Shown piece by piece: positions 1 to 12,759 of a stretch of DNA of 64,000 nucleotides. Within the stretch, counting starts at the first letter, position 1, and every line of letters starts with the position of its first letter. The notes under the pieces were generated by a model. That model saw nothing but the letters and a program-made list of their open reading frames with translations. It had not been told where the DNA came from and searched no databases. The position numbers and the translations under genes were made by a program. The stretch spans positions 148,552,001 through 148,616,000 of the forward strand of contig NC_042999.1 in assembly GCF_006345805.1 (NCBI RefSeq). The letters run 5' to 3'. The DNA comes from Octopus sinensis. Its lineage: Eukaryota.

Positions 1-736
1 CAAAGGGAAAAGTTCAGACTCAGTTCCAAAACCATCTCAGGAACTCGTGATTAAAAGGAGTGTACACCAAATAGATGAGAAAACTATTGTATGGAGGTGG
101 GTTGTATCAACCAGCAAATAGTTTCATCTTTGTCATATATATCATTGTGATTAATAATAGTAAAAGAATCCAGTTGTAAAATCATCACTTGTTAAGAAAA
201 GAAAAATGCCACGAGTAACATATTATTACACATCAGCTGCTGTAAAAGCTGTTTACTGGTACAATTTGTATTAATCATGAAAGTAGGAGAGGAAAATAGA
301 TAAGAACTGAAATTACGACGTGAAATGCATAGTAAGTTATTTGTTGGTGGAAAGTTAGTTCACAAGACCAGAAAGCTTTAAACAAGATAAGGTTCAGGGG
401 AGTTGCACAAACCTCTTACACAAGTATCAACATTGAAAACGTTTGTTAAAACAGACTAGCTTCACAAAATATTAAATGTCAATGTTGAAGGCGTCATCAT
501 TGATGTCATCATCCGCTGTTGCAATTTCACATTCTACCTCTTGTAAATCTCAATGAATTTATACCAGTTAGGAGAGGGAAAAAAAATTGCAATAGGTGCA
601 GACATCACAATGTGGTTAAGAAGTTTGCTTTGGAACTATATGTTTATGGTTCAATTCCAAGGCAGACTACAGCCACAAGCTAACCAATATTTTATTTCCT
701 AAGTGAATTGTTTGATGGTAACTGCGAGAAGTCCCT

Positions 737-769
<33 letters not shown>

Positions 770-1078
770 ACATGGATGTGTTGAGTCTTTCCCAGCCTTG
801 ACATCTGTTTGCAGATTAGAAACAAGATCTCTATTCACAAAGTGTCATTGTTTACAGTCTCCATCCCCCACCCCTTCACAAAATAAATGAAACAAGTCCA
901 GCCATTGTGCTGTTCCTTGTTTGAAGGAACAAGTGAAGTAAGAGCCAGCTTGAAAACAGGTGAGGGGAATGAAGGTGTAAACAAGTGTATCCAACAGTAG
1001 GAAATCTACCTCAACAAGTTTTTGGTTCACTCAGGCAAGTCTAGAAAAGTCAATGATAAAACTATGTAGAAAATGATA

Positions 1079-1310
1079 ATGAGAATGGTAGTGGTGGTGA
1101 TGATGGTGGTGGTAATGATGATGGTGGTGGTGGTGATGATGGTGGTGGTGGTGATGGTAATGATGATGGTGGTGGTGGTGATGGTTATGATGGTGGTGGT
1201 AATGATGGTGGTGGTGGTGGTGATGGTTATGATGGTGGTGGTGATGGTTATGATGGTGGTGGTGGTAATGATGGTGGTGATAGTGGTGGTGGTGGTGATG
1301 ATGATGGTGA
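1079..1310. repeat. Degenerate (GGT/GAT)n trinucleotide microsatellite
   Basis: Directly visible; generates the poly-T/I and poly-M/V ORFs in the track. Confidence 0.95.
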
Positions 1311-1750
1311 CAAAGTATGTGATCTGGTGTCCATTTCTAGGCAATCTGAATCTTACAATCGATCAGGTTTCAATGCTTAATTGTTATAACCCCCATTTAC
1401 ATCATTTATTCCTCACAAACAAAATGGGGCTATCAACAAGCTGAAGTAGTTTAGTCCCAGATCCACTCTGCCTTTCAGCTCACTGGAGTTGTTAAAAGAG
1501 TACCAACAAAGAATTAAGGTTAATTTAATCCTCAAAATGTTTGGTATTGTGCCTGTGATAGAAATTTTCATTATCCTCCTAATGTTGACTTTTACTGTTC
1601 ATCCCTTCTAAGTGCTAGGACCAAATTGTGCTTTTGTACCAATATAAAAGATCAGTCATCATCAGTATCATCACTATAATATCAAATAGAGAAATAATCA
1701 TCATCATCATCGTCGTCGTCGCCACCACCATCATTATTATTATTATTACA

Positions 1751-1984
1751 AAGGCGGCAAGCTGGCAGAATCGTTAGCACGTCGGGCGAAATGCGTAGCC
1801 GTATTTCGTCTGCCGTTACGTTCTGAGTTCAAATTCTGCCGAGGTCGATTTTGCCTTTCATCCTTTCGGGGTCAATAAATTAAGTACCAGTTATGCACTG
1901 GATCGATGTAATCGACTTAATCCGTTTGTCTGTCCTTGTTTGTCCGCACTATGTTTAGCCCCTTGTGGGTAATAAAGAAACAGG
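1751..1984 (+). mobile_element. Nin/Deu-domain tRNA-SINE, near full length, young
   Basis: Head aaggcggcaagctggcagaatcgttagc, B-box gagttcaaattc, central gcctttcatcctttcggggtcaataaattaagtaccag and aataaagaaa tail; CpGs retained. Confidence 0.9.
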
Positions 1985-3920
1985 TATTTCACCTGTCGCT
2001 ACCTTCCGAGTTCATATTTCACTGAGGTTGACTTTGCCTTTCATCCTTTTGGCATCAATAAATAAGTACCAGTTGAGCACTGGGGTCAATGTAATCGACT
2101 TGCACTCCCCCCACCCCCCACACACACGATTGCTGCCCTTGTGCCAAAATTTGAAACCATTATTATTATCGTTATTATTTACTGCAAATTCTGTTGGAGG
2201 TAGCTTTACATTTTTGGACTCTAAGTCAATAAAACAAATACCAGTAATATACTAATTGTTGATTTAATTGCTTATACTCCTCTGACCAAATTTGTGGCTT
2301 TTTATCAATGTTATAGATTATTGTTCTTGTTGTTGGTATTATTATTATTATTATAATAAGAGCAGTGGTGCAAAGATAATTTCTTTTTCATTAGAGAGAA
2401 ATTAATTCATATCAGAACTACATGCCATAAAATTAATAATTAATTGCCAATCAACTTGGTAATTTTCCACTAAATTGCTCTGCTTTGAGGATCTGACAAT
2501 CTACACAGGCTAAAAACTAAATAAGATCCTTGTCTAAGTACATCATAGTATAGCACCTGGAGTATGAATTCAAAACTTATGAGGTCAACAGATCAACACC
2601 TTACCTTTGAAGAAAGGTAATGAAAATAAGAATGTCAGAATATATTAATTAACAAGTGCAATCAGTTTGGGAGGAGAGGTAAATATACCAAAACTGAAAT
2701 TTGTCAACAAGTTTTAATAATAAGATTTTGACAAAATAAGCATAGGCATGGCTGTGTGTGATAAGAAGTTTGCTTCCCAACCACATGGGTTCAGGTTCAG
2801 TCCCACAGTGTGACACTTGGGTGTTTTCTACTATAGCCATGGGCTGACCAAAGCCTTGAGAATGGATTTGGTAGGCTGAAATTGAAAGAAGCCCATTGTA
2901 TGTGTGTGTGTGTGTGTGTGTGTTGTGTTGTGTTGCTCTCTGCTTAACTTGACTTCGTGTGACAGTTGTGAGTGTCACCGACATACAAGAATGTCCTTTG
3001 TTTCCAATCTTCAGTGAAAATATGTCTGGCTACCTGGAAATATTACTTTACTTGGAAATTGGTGAGGAGTGGCAACAGGAAGGACACCAACCTGTAAAAA
3101 ATCTGCCTTAACAAATTCTGTCCGACCCATGTGAGCATCAAAAAGTGGGCATTAAAATGATGACAATGAAAATGATGATGTCTGTGAGTTCCATTCTGAC
3201 TTATATCCAGGGCTGTGGAGTCAAAGGAAAAAACTTTGACTCCGACTCCTCTACTATTGACACCTCCAACTCCTCTTTATGTAATAAAGTGATTGTGGTC
3301 TACATATCTCAAAGCATATGCATACGCTTGTACTTTGAGTAGGCCTATATGTTATAACTGGTTTATATTAAAGAATAAAGACATTGTGAGTCGGAGTCAG
3401 TATAGTTTTACCGACTCTGACTCCACAACCCAGCTTATATCAATATAACTTCTTTTTTTACATGCTAGGACCAATAAATCAACAATCAGACTGAATAAAC
3501 AGAATGTAGAGGGAGCATGGTATGGAGTGTTAAGCTGACAGGATACATTTTATAGCTGCTTCCCAGCTCATCACTTTGATCCTGAAAAGGCTACACACCA
3601 ATATGACCTTACTAGAAACAGTTAAAACAAACTAAAAAAACTACCAGAACAGCTAAGGCCAAAATATCCTACAAAGTTTTAAAAAATACATCATCAACAA
3701 CAACAACAACATTTTAAGGTCTACTTTTTAGACAGAGCTTGTTGAGGAAGATTTTGTACAGCTGGATGCTCTTTCTGTGGCCAACCATTACCTGTTTTCA
3801 AGTAAGGTAATATTCACAGAAGGCAACACACATCTACAACAATCATGCAATATATCAAGGCAAGGTGACAGTAACACACATACACACAGAGACATGTAAG
3901 ACAGGCTTCTTTCAGTTTCT

Positions 3921-4154
3921 TATTTCTTTATTGCCCTCAAGGGGCTAAACATAGAGGGGACAAACAAGGACAGATAAAGGGATTAAGTCGATTATATCAA
4001 CCCCAGTGTGTTACCGGTACTTAATTTATCGACTCCGAAAGGATGAAAGGCAAAGTTGATCTTGGCGGAATTTGAACTCAGAACGTAACAGCAGATGAAA
4101 TACCAGTAAGCTTTTCACTCGGCATGCTAACATTTCTGCCAGCTCGCCGACACC
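3921..4154 (-). mobile_element. Nin/Deu-domain SINE nested in a CORE-SINE with target-site duplication
   Basis: Flanked by direct repeat tttcagtttct (3910-3920 and 4155-4165); host SINE sequence resumes afterwards. Confidence 0.85.
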
Positions 4155-4842
4155 TTTCAGTTTCTATCAACCAAAACTATACACAAGCCTTTGATCAATT
4201 CAGAGCTATAGCAGAAGACGCTTGCGCAAGTGTCACACAGTGGGATGGAACCCAGGACCATGTGACTGTGAAGTAAACTTCTTACCACAGCCATACATGT
4301 AGATTAAAATAGAAAAAAAAATGAAATAAAAACCCTGACTATATTTATTGTTTATACTCATCCTCTTGGTAAGATAGCATGAATGACATGCACTCATGAT
4401 TGGTAATTCATAGGAAAGATGACCTGCCCTACCTCACAAAACATTATGTAATGAAAAAAAAATCTAATAAAAAGTATTAATAAAAACAAAAAAATAATGT
4501 AACATGAATTAGCAAATATCTGGAGTAGAAATAACTCTGTAGTCTCAACTGCAATTTCACTTATTTTCTGGTATGTGTTAATGAGAATAAATGCTCTGAA
4601 AAGATCAGGCCTGATGTTGGCAATCATTATGAATCTTGTAAACACTATATAACAGTGATGGTAATGATGATAATGATGATGATGGTGGTGGTGATGGTAG
4701 AGGTGGTGGTGGTGGTGATGGTGGTGGCAGTGATGATTGTCAATGATGGAGGTGATAGTTAGTGGTTTCTTTCTTAACCAACAGTCTTAGATTTTACAAA
4801 TTAAAAAAATTGGAGTTTAAAAATATAATGAACACACACAGA

Positions 4843-4980
4843 CATAGCTGTGTGGTAAGAAGCTGGCCTCCCAAACACTTCCTAGTTCAGTCCTACTGCA
4901 TGGTATCTCAGGCAAGTGCCTTCTACTACAAACCTAGTCTAAAGCCTTGTGAGTGGATTTGGTAGACAGAAACTGAAGAA
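4843..4980 (+). mobile_element. CORE-type tRNA-SINE 5' half
   Basis: gctgtgtggtaagaagc...ggcaagtgccttctact...gtggatttggtagacagaaactgaagaa. Confidence 0.85.
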
Positions 4981-4983
4981 GTT

Positions 4984-5200
4984 AAGGCGGTGAGCTGGCA
5001 GAAACGTTAGCACGCCGGGCGAAATGCTTAGCGGTATTTCGTCTATCTTTACGTTCTGAGTTCAAATTCCGCCGAGGTCGACTTTGCCTTTCATCCTTTC
5101 AGGGTCGATAAATTAAGTACCAGTTACGCACTGGTGTCGATGTAATCAACTTAATTCCTTTGTCTGTGCTTGTTTGTCCCCTCTATGCTTAGCCCCTTGA
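4984..5200 (+). mobile_element. Nin/Deu-domain SINE abutting a CORE-SINE
   Basis: Same family as 1751-1984; starts right after host gaaactgaagaag. Confidence 0.9.
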
Positions 5201-5804
5201 GAATAAGTAACCGGCTTAAGAAAAACAAGTACTGGGATTGAGAACCCCTGAGTGCCCCAGCATAGCCGCAGGCCAATGACTGGAACACATATAAGAAAAG
5301 ATAAAAGGTAACAGTATATGTGTATTTTGTTGGGCTATGATGACTCTACCACAATACAGGGAAAAAAGGGTTCCTTGAAAATATCTCTACTGAAGACAAA
5401 CAATAGCATTAGTTCAGATTATAGTGCAGTATCAGTTACTTCTACCTACTTTCTAAGTACCCCTATCAGTTACTCCAACTTCCTGTTTCCTCAAACACTT
5501 GAAACTGGGACAGGAAACAAAACCCTTTATTGATCATGTTTAATAAGGTCTAATAAGGAGTATGTTTGTTAGCTGGGTGCTTGGTTCAACAGGCAAAAGT
5601 GATATGCGTACAGCTTCACGGCACAATGTTCTATGATACATTAATATGATAGAGATACATTTATATATATATATATATATATCAGCATATGGGTGTGTGT
5701 GAAAGAGAGTGAGAGAGAGGAGAGGAGCTATTTGGACACACGAATAATAAACAGCTGAATAATGACAGCATCAGATTTTACAAAGTTCTTTAAAAAATCA
5801 AATA

Positions 5805-5855
<51 letters not shown>

Positions 5856-6619
5856 CTGTGTGTGTGCACATCTGTGTTATAAAGAGAGAGGCGAGTCTTG
5901 GATATTTTCAGGCAGGAGTTCTCTTTACAGAAATGAAAAGTGAGTTGGAAAGTTAGACAATAAGTAGGTGGGAAGTCAAAGTATAAAGTGAAGAATTAAA
6001 ATATATATAAAAAAAAAGCACCTAGGGCAGGTGTCTGCTATAATAACCTCAGACTGACCAAAGCCCCGTAGACGGAAACTGGTAGATGGAAACTGAAAGA
6101 AGCCTGTCGTGTGTGTGTGTGTGTGTGTGTGTGTGCATGTGTTTCACCCACTATTGCTTGACAACTGATGTTGGTATGTTTACATCCCTACAACTTAGCA
6201 GTTTGATTTGATTGACTAATAATCCAATGTGGTGCTCCAGCATGTCTTCAGTCAGATGACTGAAACACGTAAAAGATGAAAGACAAGAATAGGATATAAA
6301 AGAATCATTACATACACAAACTAATACTATTAAAAGAAAGAACTTCTGTGGTCCCTCAACCCAATAAATCACCATCCAAAATCTCCCCCATAGTGTTCAT
6401 AAGAGGATGGACACATTAGATTGGTGGTTTGCAAATAGGGTCCATATAAAATTTTCTTGTTAAAGTTTATGTGCAAGAGATTGGTTAAACTTCTACCAAA
6501 CATAAAATATATTAAAAGAATGTATGCCCAAAAGTTGGGCATAAGAAGCATCAAATGTGTGCAAGAAAGATTACAAAAAGATTATATCTATATAGCAAAA
6601 TACATTTATTTATATAAAT

Positions 6620-6779
6620 ATAAATATATATATACACACATACATACACACATATATATATATACACAGACACACACACACACACACACATATATATACA
6701 CAGACACACACATATATATATACACAGACACACACACACATATATATATATACACAGACACACACACACACACACACCA

Positions 6780-6822
<43 letters not shown>
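6620..6822. repeat. Compound (TA)n/(CA)n microsatellite
   Basis: Directly visible. Confidence 0.95.
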
Positions 6823-6825
<3 letters not shown>

Positions 6826-6920
6826 AAAGACATTTGTATGAATCTCAAAAGATATTTACAGTAAAATATAGTTATAAAAGTATTTAAAAAAACTAACAAA
6901 ACAAAGAGTAATATATATAT

Positions 6921-6958
<38 letters not shown>

Positions 6959-7427
6959 GTCATTTAAATGCTAACAGGACTTCTGAATTGCCATTTGTGT
7001 GTGTCATTTGCTGATATATAACAGAGAAGGATGTAAAACATTGGTGAGTAAACCAAAGAATTGGTGCTTTTCAACAAAAAGCTTTGCAATATTTGTTCTG
7101 CACCAAGTTACATATTCATTCTCTCTCTCTCTCTCGCTCTCTCACATTATCAGGAATGCTGGGATCCATTGGCAATGAATGAATAAATAAATAAATGAAA
7201 TATCAGCTTGGTAGAACAGATCCCTCTCTAAGCAACTGTCAGGAGTCAAACAAAGCACCATGAAGTAACAAACACTTGGGACACTTCCTAGTGTTGTTGC
7301 TGGTTACAACAGTGAGCTGTTCTGACTTGTGAAAATTTATTTGAACCAAGTCCAATAATGATTAGACTATTTGACAGATGATTTACATGAACCTGAACAC
7401 TATGAGCTCAATATGAATTACTAAACT

Positions 7428-7900
7428 TTAATTCTTTTGACACCAACCTGCCTGAAATCACCTATGGCTCTGTTATACAAATGTCTTGTTTTCAAAATCT
7501 TCCACCAAACCTTAGTCACAAATTTATGTTCCTAACACTAGCTTAGTGACAATTTAGTTATTTTACTAAATTCTTTGTTATATTTAAAATTAATTGAAAG
7601 AAACACAGAGAAGCTCACCAGAAATATGATAAAAAAAAGGGGGGTAAAATATATAACAGAGAAACAATTCTTAACCCTTTTGATACCAAGCTGGCTGAAA
7701 CTGCGTCTGGTTCTGTAGTACAAATGTCTTGTTTTCAAAAGTTCTGAATTAAAATCTTCCACCAAACCTTAGTCACAATTTATGTTCATAACACTAACTT
7801 AATGACAATTTAGATATTTTACTAAATTCTTGGTTACATTCAAAATTAATTGCAAGAAACACAGAACATCTCAACAGAAATATGGTAACAAAAGGGTTAA
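7428..7900 (+). mobile_element. Two tandem piggyBac-type (TTAA) MITE copies
   Basis: The copy at 7671-7900 reads TTAA-cccttttgatacca ... tggtaacaaaaggg-TTAA (terminal inverted repeats plus TTAA); the copy at 7428-7648 is a more decayed homolog. Confidence 0.8.
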
Positions 7901-8109
7901 AATAGCTATCCAGTACATTATAGACAACTGACTCAGCCAGCTGTGCTCCTGCATATCAATGTACTTCTGTGAATCATACACATCTCAGTTGCTATGTTTC
8001 ACTAGCATTCAATGTCATTCTTTTGACACTGCCTAACGCACAATCTACCTTATGTTTACATTATTTATATTCAGTTGAGTAAATAGATGTGGATGAATAG
8101 ATTCCAGAT

Positions 8110-8285
8110 AAGGCAAGCTGGTAGAATCATTAGCATGTGGGGCGAAATGCTTAGTGGTATTTCGTCCGTTTTTACATTCTGAGTTCAAATTCCACTGAGG
8201 TCAACTTCGTCTTTTCATCTTGTTAGGGGTCGATAAAATAAGTACCAGTTGAGCACTGGAGTTGGTGCAATCAACTTAACTACTC
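8110..8285 (+). mobile_element. Nin/Deu-domain SINE (older copy)
   Basis: aaggcaagctggtagaatcattagc...ggggtcgataaaataagtaccagttgagcactgg. Confidence 0.85.
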
Positions 8286-9209
8286 CTGGGTATGAGTATA
8301 AAGACCAAATTTCTCTTCCAAGCCATGTTGAGTTAGTGTGGCAAAGTAGGCTCATCAAACAGTATGATTTCAAGTCATTCTCTAGTGGCGAGAACATACT
8401 GAGAAGGTCTTCATCCCGAAGTGAACAGAACAAGGGTAATCCAATAATCTAACAGAGTTTTATTTCATTTATTGTGTGTGTAAACTTGATTATTAACATA
8501 TGAGAGAGAGAGAGAGACAGACAGAGAAAGAAAGGGACTGCAGTGGATGCCATGTGACCAGCAAAACAAAGTAACTAATCATTAATAGCATTGCTACATT
8601 ATACATCACGGACAAAGTGCAATCTTTTTATACACACACACACACACATTCATTCCCTTCAAACAAGAGTTTAGAATAAGAATACTTTTAATTAGCCAGT
8701 TTACATTTTAAACAATGCTTACAGAATTGTTAATATTTAAACACACACACAAACGAAAAAAGAAAATGGGAATAAATATTTCAGTAAATATATATCTCAG
8801 TGTTAGATATGTCTTAAATCTGCAGGCAAAGTTATAATTAATTTTTCAAAAGACTTTCAAATTTGCTTCGGCTGAACCAGCAGAAATGAGTTATAAATTA
8901 TATTATTGCTTGTTTAGTAGTAGATTTAGGTCAATGATTTACTAAAATGTCACTAAAACAACTATGTGGAGTGGAGAATACTGTCTTATGTTGGCTCTTT
9001 CAGCAGAGTTTAGCAGTACTGTTGCTGAGTGGAATGTTAAAAACACAAATGATTGTATCTGTAACAGGAGTGGGAAGGCAGTAATTTATGCATAATTAGT
9101 GAAGGACTTCTTAGTTGGTTTTGACTAATGATGTTGATGGTCTCTTGAGGCCAATACATTAGAAGTCCATCTCTTGTAGGCTTGGTAAACCTACATTGTG
9201 ACGATTATT

Positions 9210-9495
9210 TTGACGTTGTTTAACGTCAGTTTTTCATGCTGGGCATGGGTTGGATGGTTTGACTGAGGTCTGGAAAGCCAGTGGCTGCACCAGGCTCTTT
9301 ATCTGATCTGGCAATGTTTCTACAGCTGGATGCCCTTCCTGATGCCAACCACTCTGAAAGTGTTGTGGGTGCTTTTTACATGCCACCAGCACAGGAGCCA
9401 GTCAGGCAGGCCTGGCATTGATCACATTCAGATAATGCTTTTTACATTCCACCAGCACGTGAGCTAGTCGGGGGCACTGGTATTGGCCAGAATCA
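9210..9495 (-). mobile_element. 5'-truncated RTE LINE 3' UTR copy
   Basis: Homologous to the 3' UTR that follows the RTE ORF at 46200-46610. Confidence 0.8.
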
Positions 9496-9585
9496 AGTAA
9501 AACTCCTGAAGGAAGTGCCCAATCACAACCAGAGTTAAAATAATTCAAACTAATAAAAGAATATATAAAGTAAAAAGAAACTCAC

Positions 9586-9675
9586 TTTAGCAGTACCATC
9601 TTCATGAACTAGAACATTTTGTGAAGTAAGATCCTGATAAACTAAATTCTTGGCTTCCAAATATGCTATTCCTGC
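9586..9675 (-). pseudogene. CSK: Decayed copy of Csk kinase catalytic-loop exon
   Basis: Translates AGIAYLEAKNLVYQDLTSQNVLVHEDGTAK followed by |gtgagt donor (cf. Csk [30 protein letters not shown]|VSDFG). HRDLAARN is eroded, and there is no acceptor because the 5' end is fused to a truncated SINE. Confidence 0.8.
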
Positions 9676-9836
9676 ATGGGCTTCTTTCAGTTTCCATTTA
9701 CCAAATCCACTCATAAGGCTTTGGTTAGCCTGAGGCTATAATAGAAGGCACTTGCCCAAGGTGCCACGCAGTGGAACTGAACCCAGAACCATGTGGTTGG
9801 GAAGCAAGCTTCTTACCACACAGCCACGCTGCGCCT
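9676..9836 (-). mobile_element. 3'-truncated CORE-type tRNA-SINE fused to the Csk pseudo-exon
   Basis: Head aggcgcagcgtggctgtgtggtaag, B-box-like ggttcagttcc and core gcaccttgggcaagtg; the sequence stops at gaaagaagcccat, before the usual microsatellite and 3' half. Confidence 0.9.
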
Positions 9837-10230
9837 GGTGATATTTGAATTCTGGATATCATTTCTGCCAACTCCTAAATTTCTACAGTCAAGTTTTGTG
9901 TTTATAAAATCTCAGACAACAAACTCAATACAGTCTGCAAACAATTTGTTTAGATTTTTGCGTAGTTGAGTTTTGCTAAGTGTCAAAAATACGTTCTAGA
10001 TCTTGCAACAATGTTACTCACAATAGACTAGATATCTTAATTTTCCATGTAAACATGTTACTTAGCCCCTGGTCAGATCTGGTTAAGGAAACCTGTGATC
10101 AACAATCACACCAATTGTCTTTTTTTGTTATTCAAATCCAGTGCTTTTAAGATCACATTATCTGATGGTGCTTTTCTTTTTTTCTTTTTAAGATGGATGT
10201 TAAACGATGATAAAGATGGTAGAATGTGAT

Positions 10231-10453
10231 TTAACCCTTTTGGACTCAACCCACCAGAACCTGCCCCTTCTTCTATGATACAAAATAACTGCTTTAAAGT
10301 GATCTAAAAGCCATCCATCAAAATTCAGTGTTAATTTATAGTTGAAACACTAGCTTAATAACAACTAAGTTATTTTAATAAATTCATTATTTCCAAAATT
10401 AATTGAAAGCAAAGCAATGTATTTCAACAAAAATATGGCAGCAAATGGATTAA
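10231..10453 (+). mobile_element. Diverged TTAA MITE related to 7671-7900
   Basis: ttaacccttttgg ... aaaatatggcagcaaatggattaa; shared internal acactagcttaata...aaattaattgaaag. Confidence 0.6.
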
Positions 10454-10679
10454 AAAAGATTTTGTTATTTCTAACATGCTGAATGACAATGACAGAGAGA
10501 CTGTCTCTCACGCTGGTTTGCAGTAAACATGTAGAAAGTCTCGGCTTGCCCATTAAGCCAGGGAATTTATTGGTATTTCAGCACCACTAATTTGTTTTGC
10601 TGCAGTTTATGACCGAGTCCCATCAAAGGACAAGGTAGCTTTTGATTTTATCGAACACACTGCATTACTATAAATCACT

Positions 10680-10950
10680 GCACTTCCTAAATACACATTT
10701 AGCTTTGTCTTGAAGTGAAAACAGAATTTATCTATTATCACTACAGGCTAGGAAGTCCTTCAACTTTTTCAAAACTTTAACCACTCTTGTTATTATAAGT
10801 TCAATGTCAACATTTAGATAGCAAATTGTCAGAGATACTCGATTATCAGATAGTAAGTGATAAAGACCAGTTGAAGTAGTAATACATAATTTGTGCATTA
10901 AACTTTTTGGCTTGACACGCACAGACCATGCTTTTTTAGCAAACAAAACC
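10680..10950 (-). mobile_element. Degenerate CR1/L2-like LINE ORF2 C-terminus
   Basis: ...LYHLL...ITRVVKV...then, after a frameshift, FKTKLNVYL; resembles the CR1 motif RVV..WN.LP...FK..LD.YL. Confidence 0.4.
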
Positions 10951-11758
10951 CAGGATGTTGTTAATTTATTAACTAATTGTCAGATATTCAGTACAAGATA
11001 TTGAGTACACACACACACACACAAGCTTTCATTCTTTTACTAGTTTCAGTCTTTGGACTGTTGCCCTGCCAGAACACTGCCTCCAAAAGTTTAGTTTGTG
11101 CTAACAGGCATTGTATTTAATGTTTCTGCCAGCTCGCTTTCTATAGCTGGATGCCCTTCTTAACACCAACCACTGTATTTCAAAGAGCCAGCCTTGTCAC
11201 ATTCTGTGTCACACTGAATCTCCCTCAGGACAACATTAAGGAAACATGCATCTGTGGAGTGCTCAGCCACTTGTACATTAATTTCATGATCAGGCTTCTC
11301 TTTTGAAAGGATCAACTGGAACCTTAATCAACATAGCCAACAGAGTGCCAGTTAATACCAACTACAGTGTGTACTAGGTGTTTTTTTATATGGCACCAGC
11401 ACCAGTGCTTTTTAACGTGACACCAGCACTATTAAACAAATCCTATGTGCAACAAGAAATTGCAGAACCATCTTTCTCTGACTATGAGGGCCTACCATCA
11501 TTTAATTGAATAGTTCAGTCTCCATGGTTACTTCATTTATTTCAGAGATAATTCATCTGCCTCTTGGCATCTTAAGAGCAAGCAAAGGTTCAAAATTATG
11601 ATGATGATTTACAATGAGAAAATAATCCCAAGATTCCTACAATTGTCATAGTTTATTTCCACATGTACCCGACTTAATTATTTGTCACCAATACATGTAG
11701 TATTAGTCTAGCCAATGGACATTGGTTAACCATTGGAAAGTCAACCTCAAATTAGTTC

Positions 11759-11975
11759 CTTAATCCTTAGCATTTAAACCACCAGCCATATGAAGCCCAT
11801 ATATTCTACCTTTTATAAGCTCAAACCAGCTGGATCCAGCCTCTCACACTTACCCTACAATGTCATTATAAAAAAAATGGATTTCATCAAAATCTTGAAG
11901 CTATGAGATAATTCATGATTGATTCAAAACAAAATGAATAAGTAAGCATTACATTTGACAGAGTAATCTGAATAA
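11759..11975 (+). mobile_element. Second TTAA-type MITE family, decayed
   Basis: Starts ttaatccttagcattt; ends with gcattacatttgacagagtaatctgaat. Confidence 0.55.
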
Positions 11976-12759
11976 ATGGTGGTGGTGGTGGGTTTAGAAT
12001 TTTAGCAGTTATGTATTAACAAGTGTGACTGTGTAGTTAAGGAACTTGTTTACCAATCAAATGGCTTTAGGTTCAGTCCTACTGCATGATGCCTTGGGCA
12101 GGTGTCCTCTATAGCATTGGGCCAACCAAAGCCTTGTAAGTGGATTTGATAGACAGAACTGAAAGAGACCTATTGAGAGAGATAGAGAGAGGTGTGTGTG
12201 TGTGTGAGCGTCTCCTTGTCTTCACATTGTGTGATAGTTGTAAACAAGCATCACTGCCCTATAAGTGGCATCTTTTATTTCCAATCTTCCATGGAAATAT
12301 GAGGAGATATTACCTTAGTTGGAAACAGGTGACGGTTGGCAACTGAAAGAGGATCCGGCCATTGAAAATTTGTTTTGATAAATTCTATCGAACACATGAA
12401 AGCATGGAAAAGTGGATGCTAAACCAATGTTGTTGATGATGATGATGAAAACAATGTTATTTTCTGCATAATTTTCACAACAGTCTGCATCTATTCACTT
12501 TCGACTGTTCAATATATAATTCAGTGCACAACTGGCTGCAATAATAATGCAGCAACCAGTCAGTGAAAAAGATGAGCAAGCTGTCTAAAATAACCAGGGC
12601 CGACTAAGCAAAAGAAAAACATGATATTCAAGTAGACAGATCTGAGAAATTTTGAAATACAATACAGAGGACCTGTATAGTCTATACAGACATTAAAAAA
12701 ATGGACTTGAAATTAATTATGTTGTTGACTTTACATTTCTAAATATTAATTAATATTAC

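Noticed and set aside
472-548. Terminal-exon-like frame (D)LQEVECEIATADDDINDDAFNIDI* on the minus strand
   Set aside because: Weak GAG acceptor, acidic run explainable by a decayed (GAT)n tract, no recognisable protein.
558-572. Minus-strand PNWYK followed by KR*NVKL, resembling the next Csk exon (DPNWYK...KR.EVKL)
   Set aside because: No AG acceptor or Asp codon, in-frame stop, spacing too short and out of order with the kinase-exon relic; treated as chance unless alignment to the true exon shows nucleotide homology.
1027-1444. Poly-T/I, poly-V/M, YI/CV-repeat ORFs (also 6457-6899, 30521-30983, 53773-54029)
   Set aside because: Microsatellite artefacts.
5540-5630. TLCREAVRISL..., resembling a SOCS box or AAA lid helix
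   Set aside because: Short match, remaining motif residues absent, no supporting neighbouring exons.
8283-8448. 55-codon open frame (IIGLPLFCSLRDEDLL...) with a good acceptor, also open on the opposite strand
   Set aside because: No convincing donor (runs into a SINE end) and no recognisable homology; may be a transposon relic.
10500-10950. Possible P-element/THAP9 transposase relic
   Set aside because: The RVV...FKTKLNVYL ending fits a CR1/L2 LINE C-terminus better.
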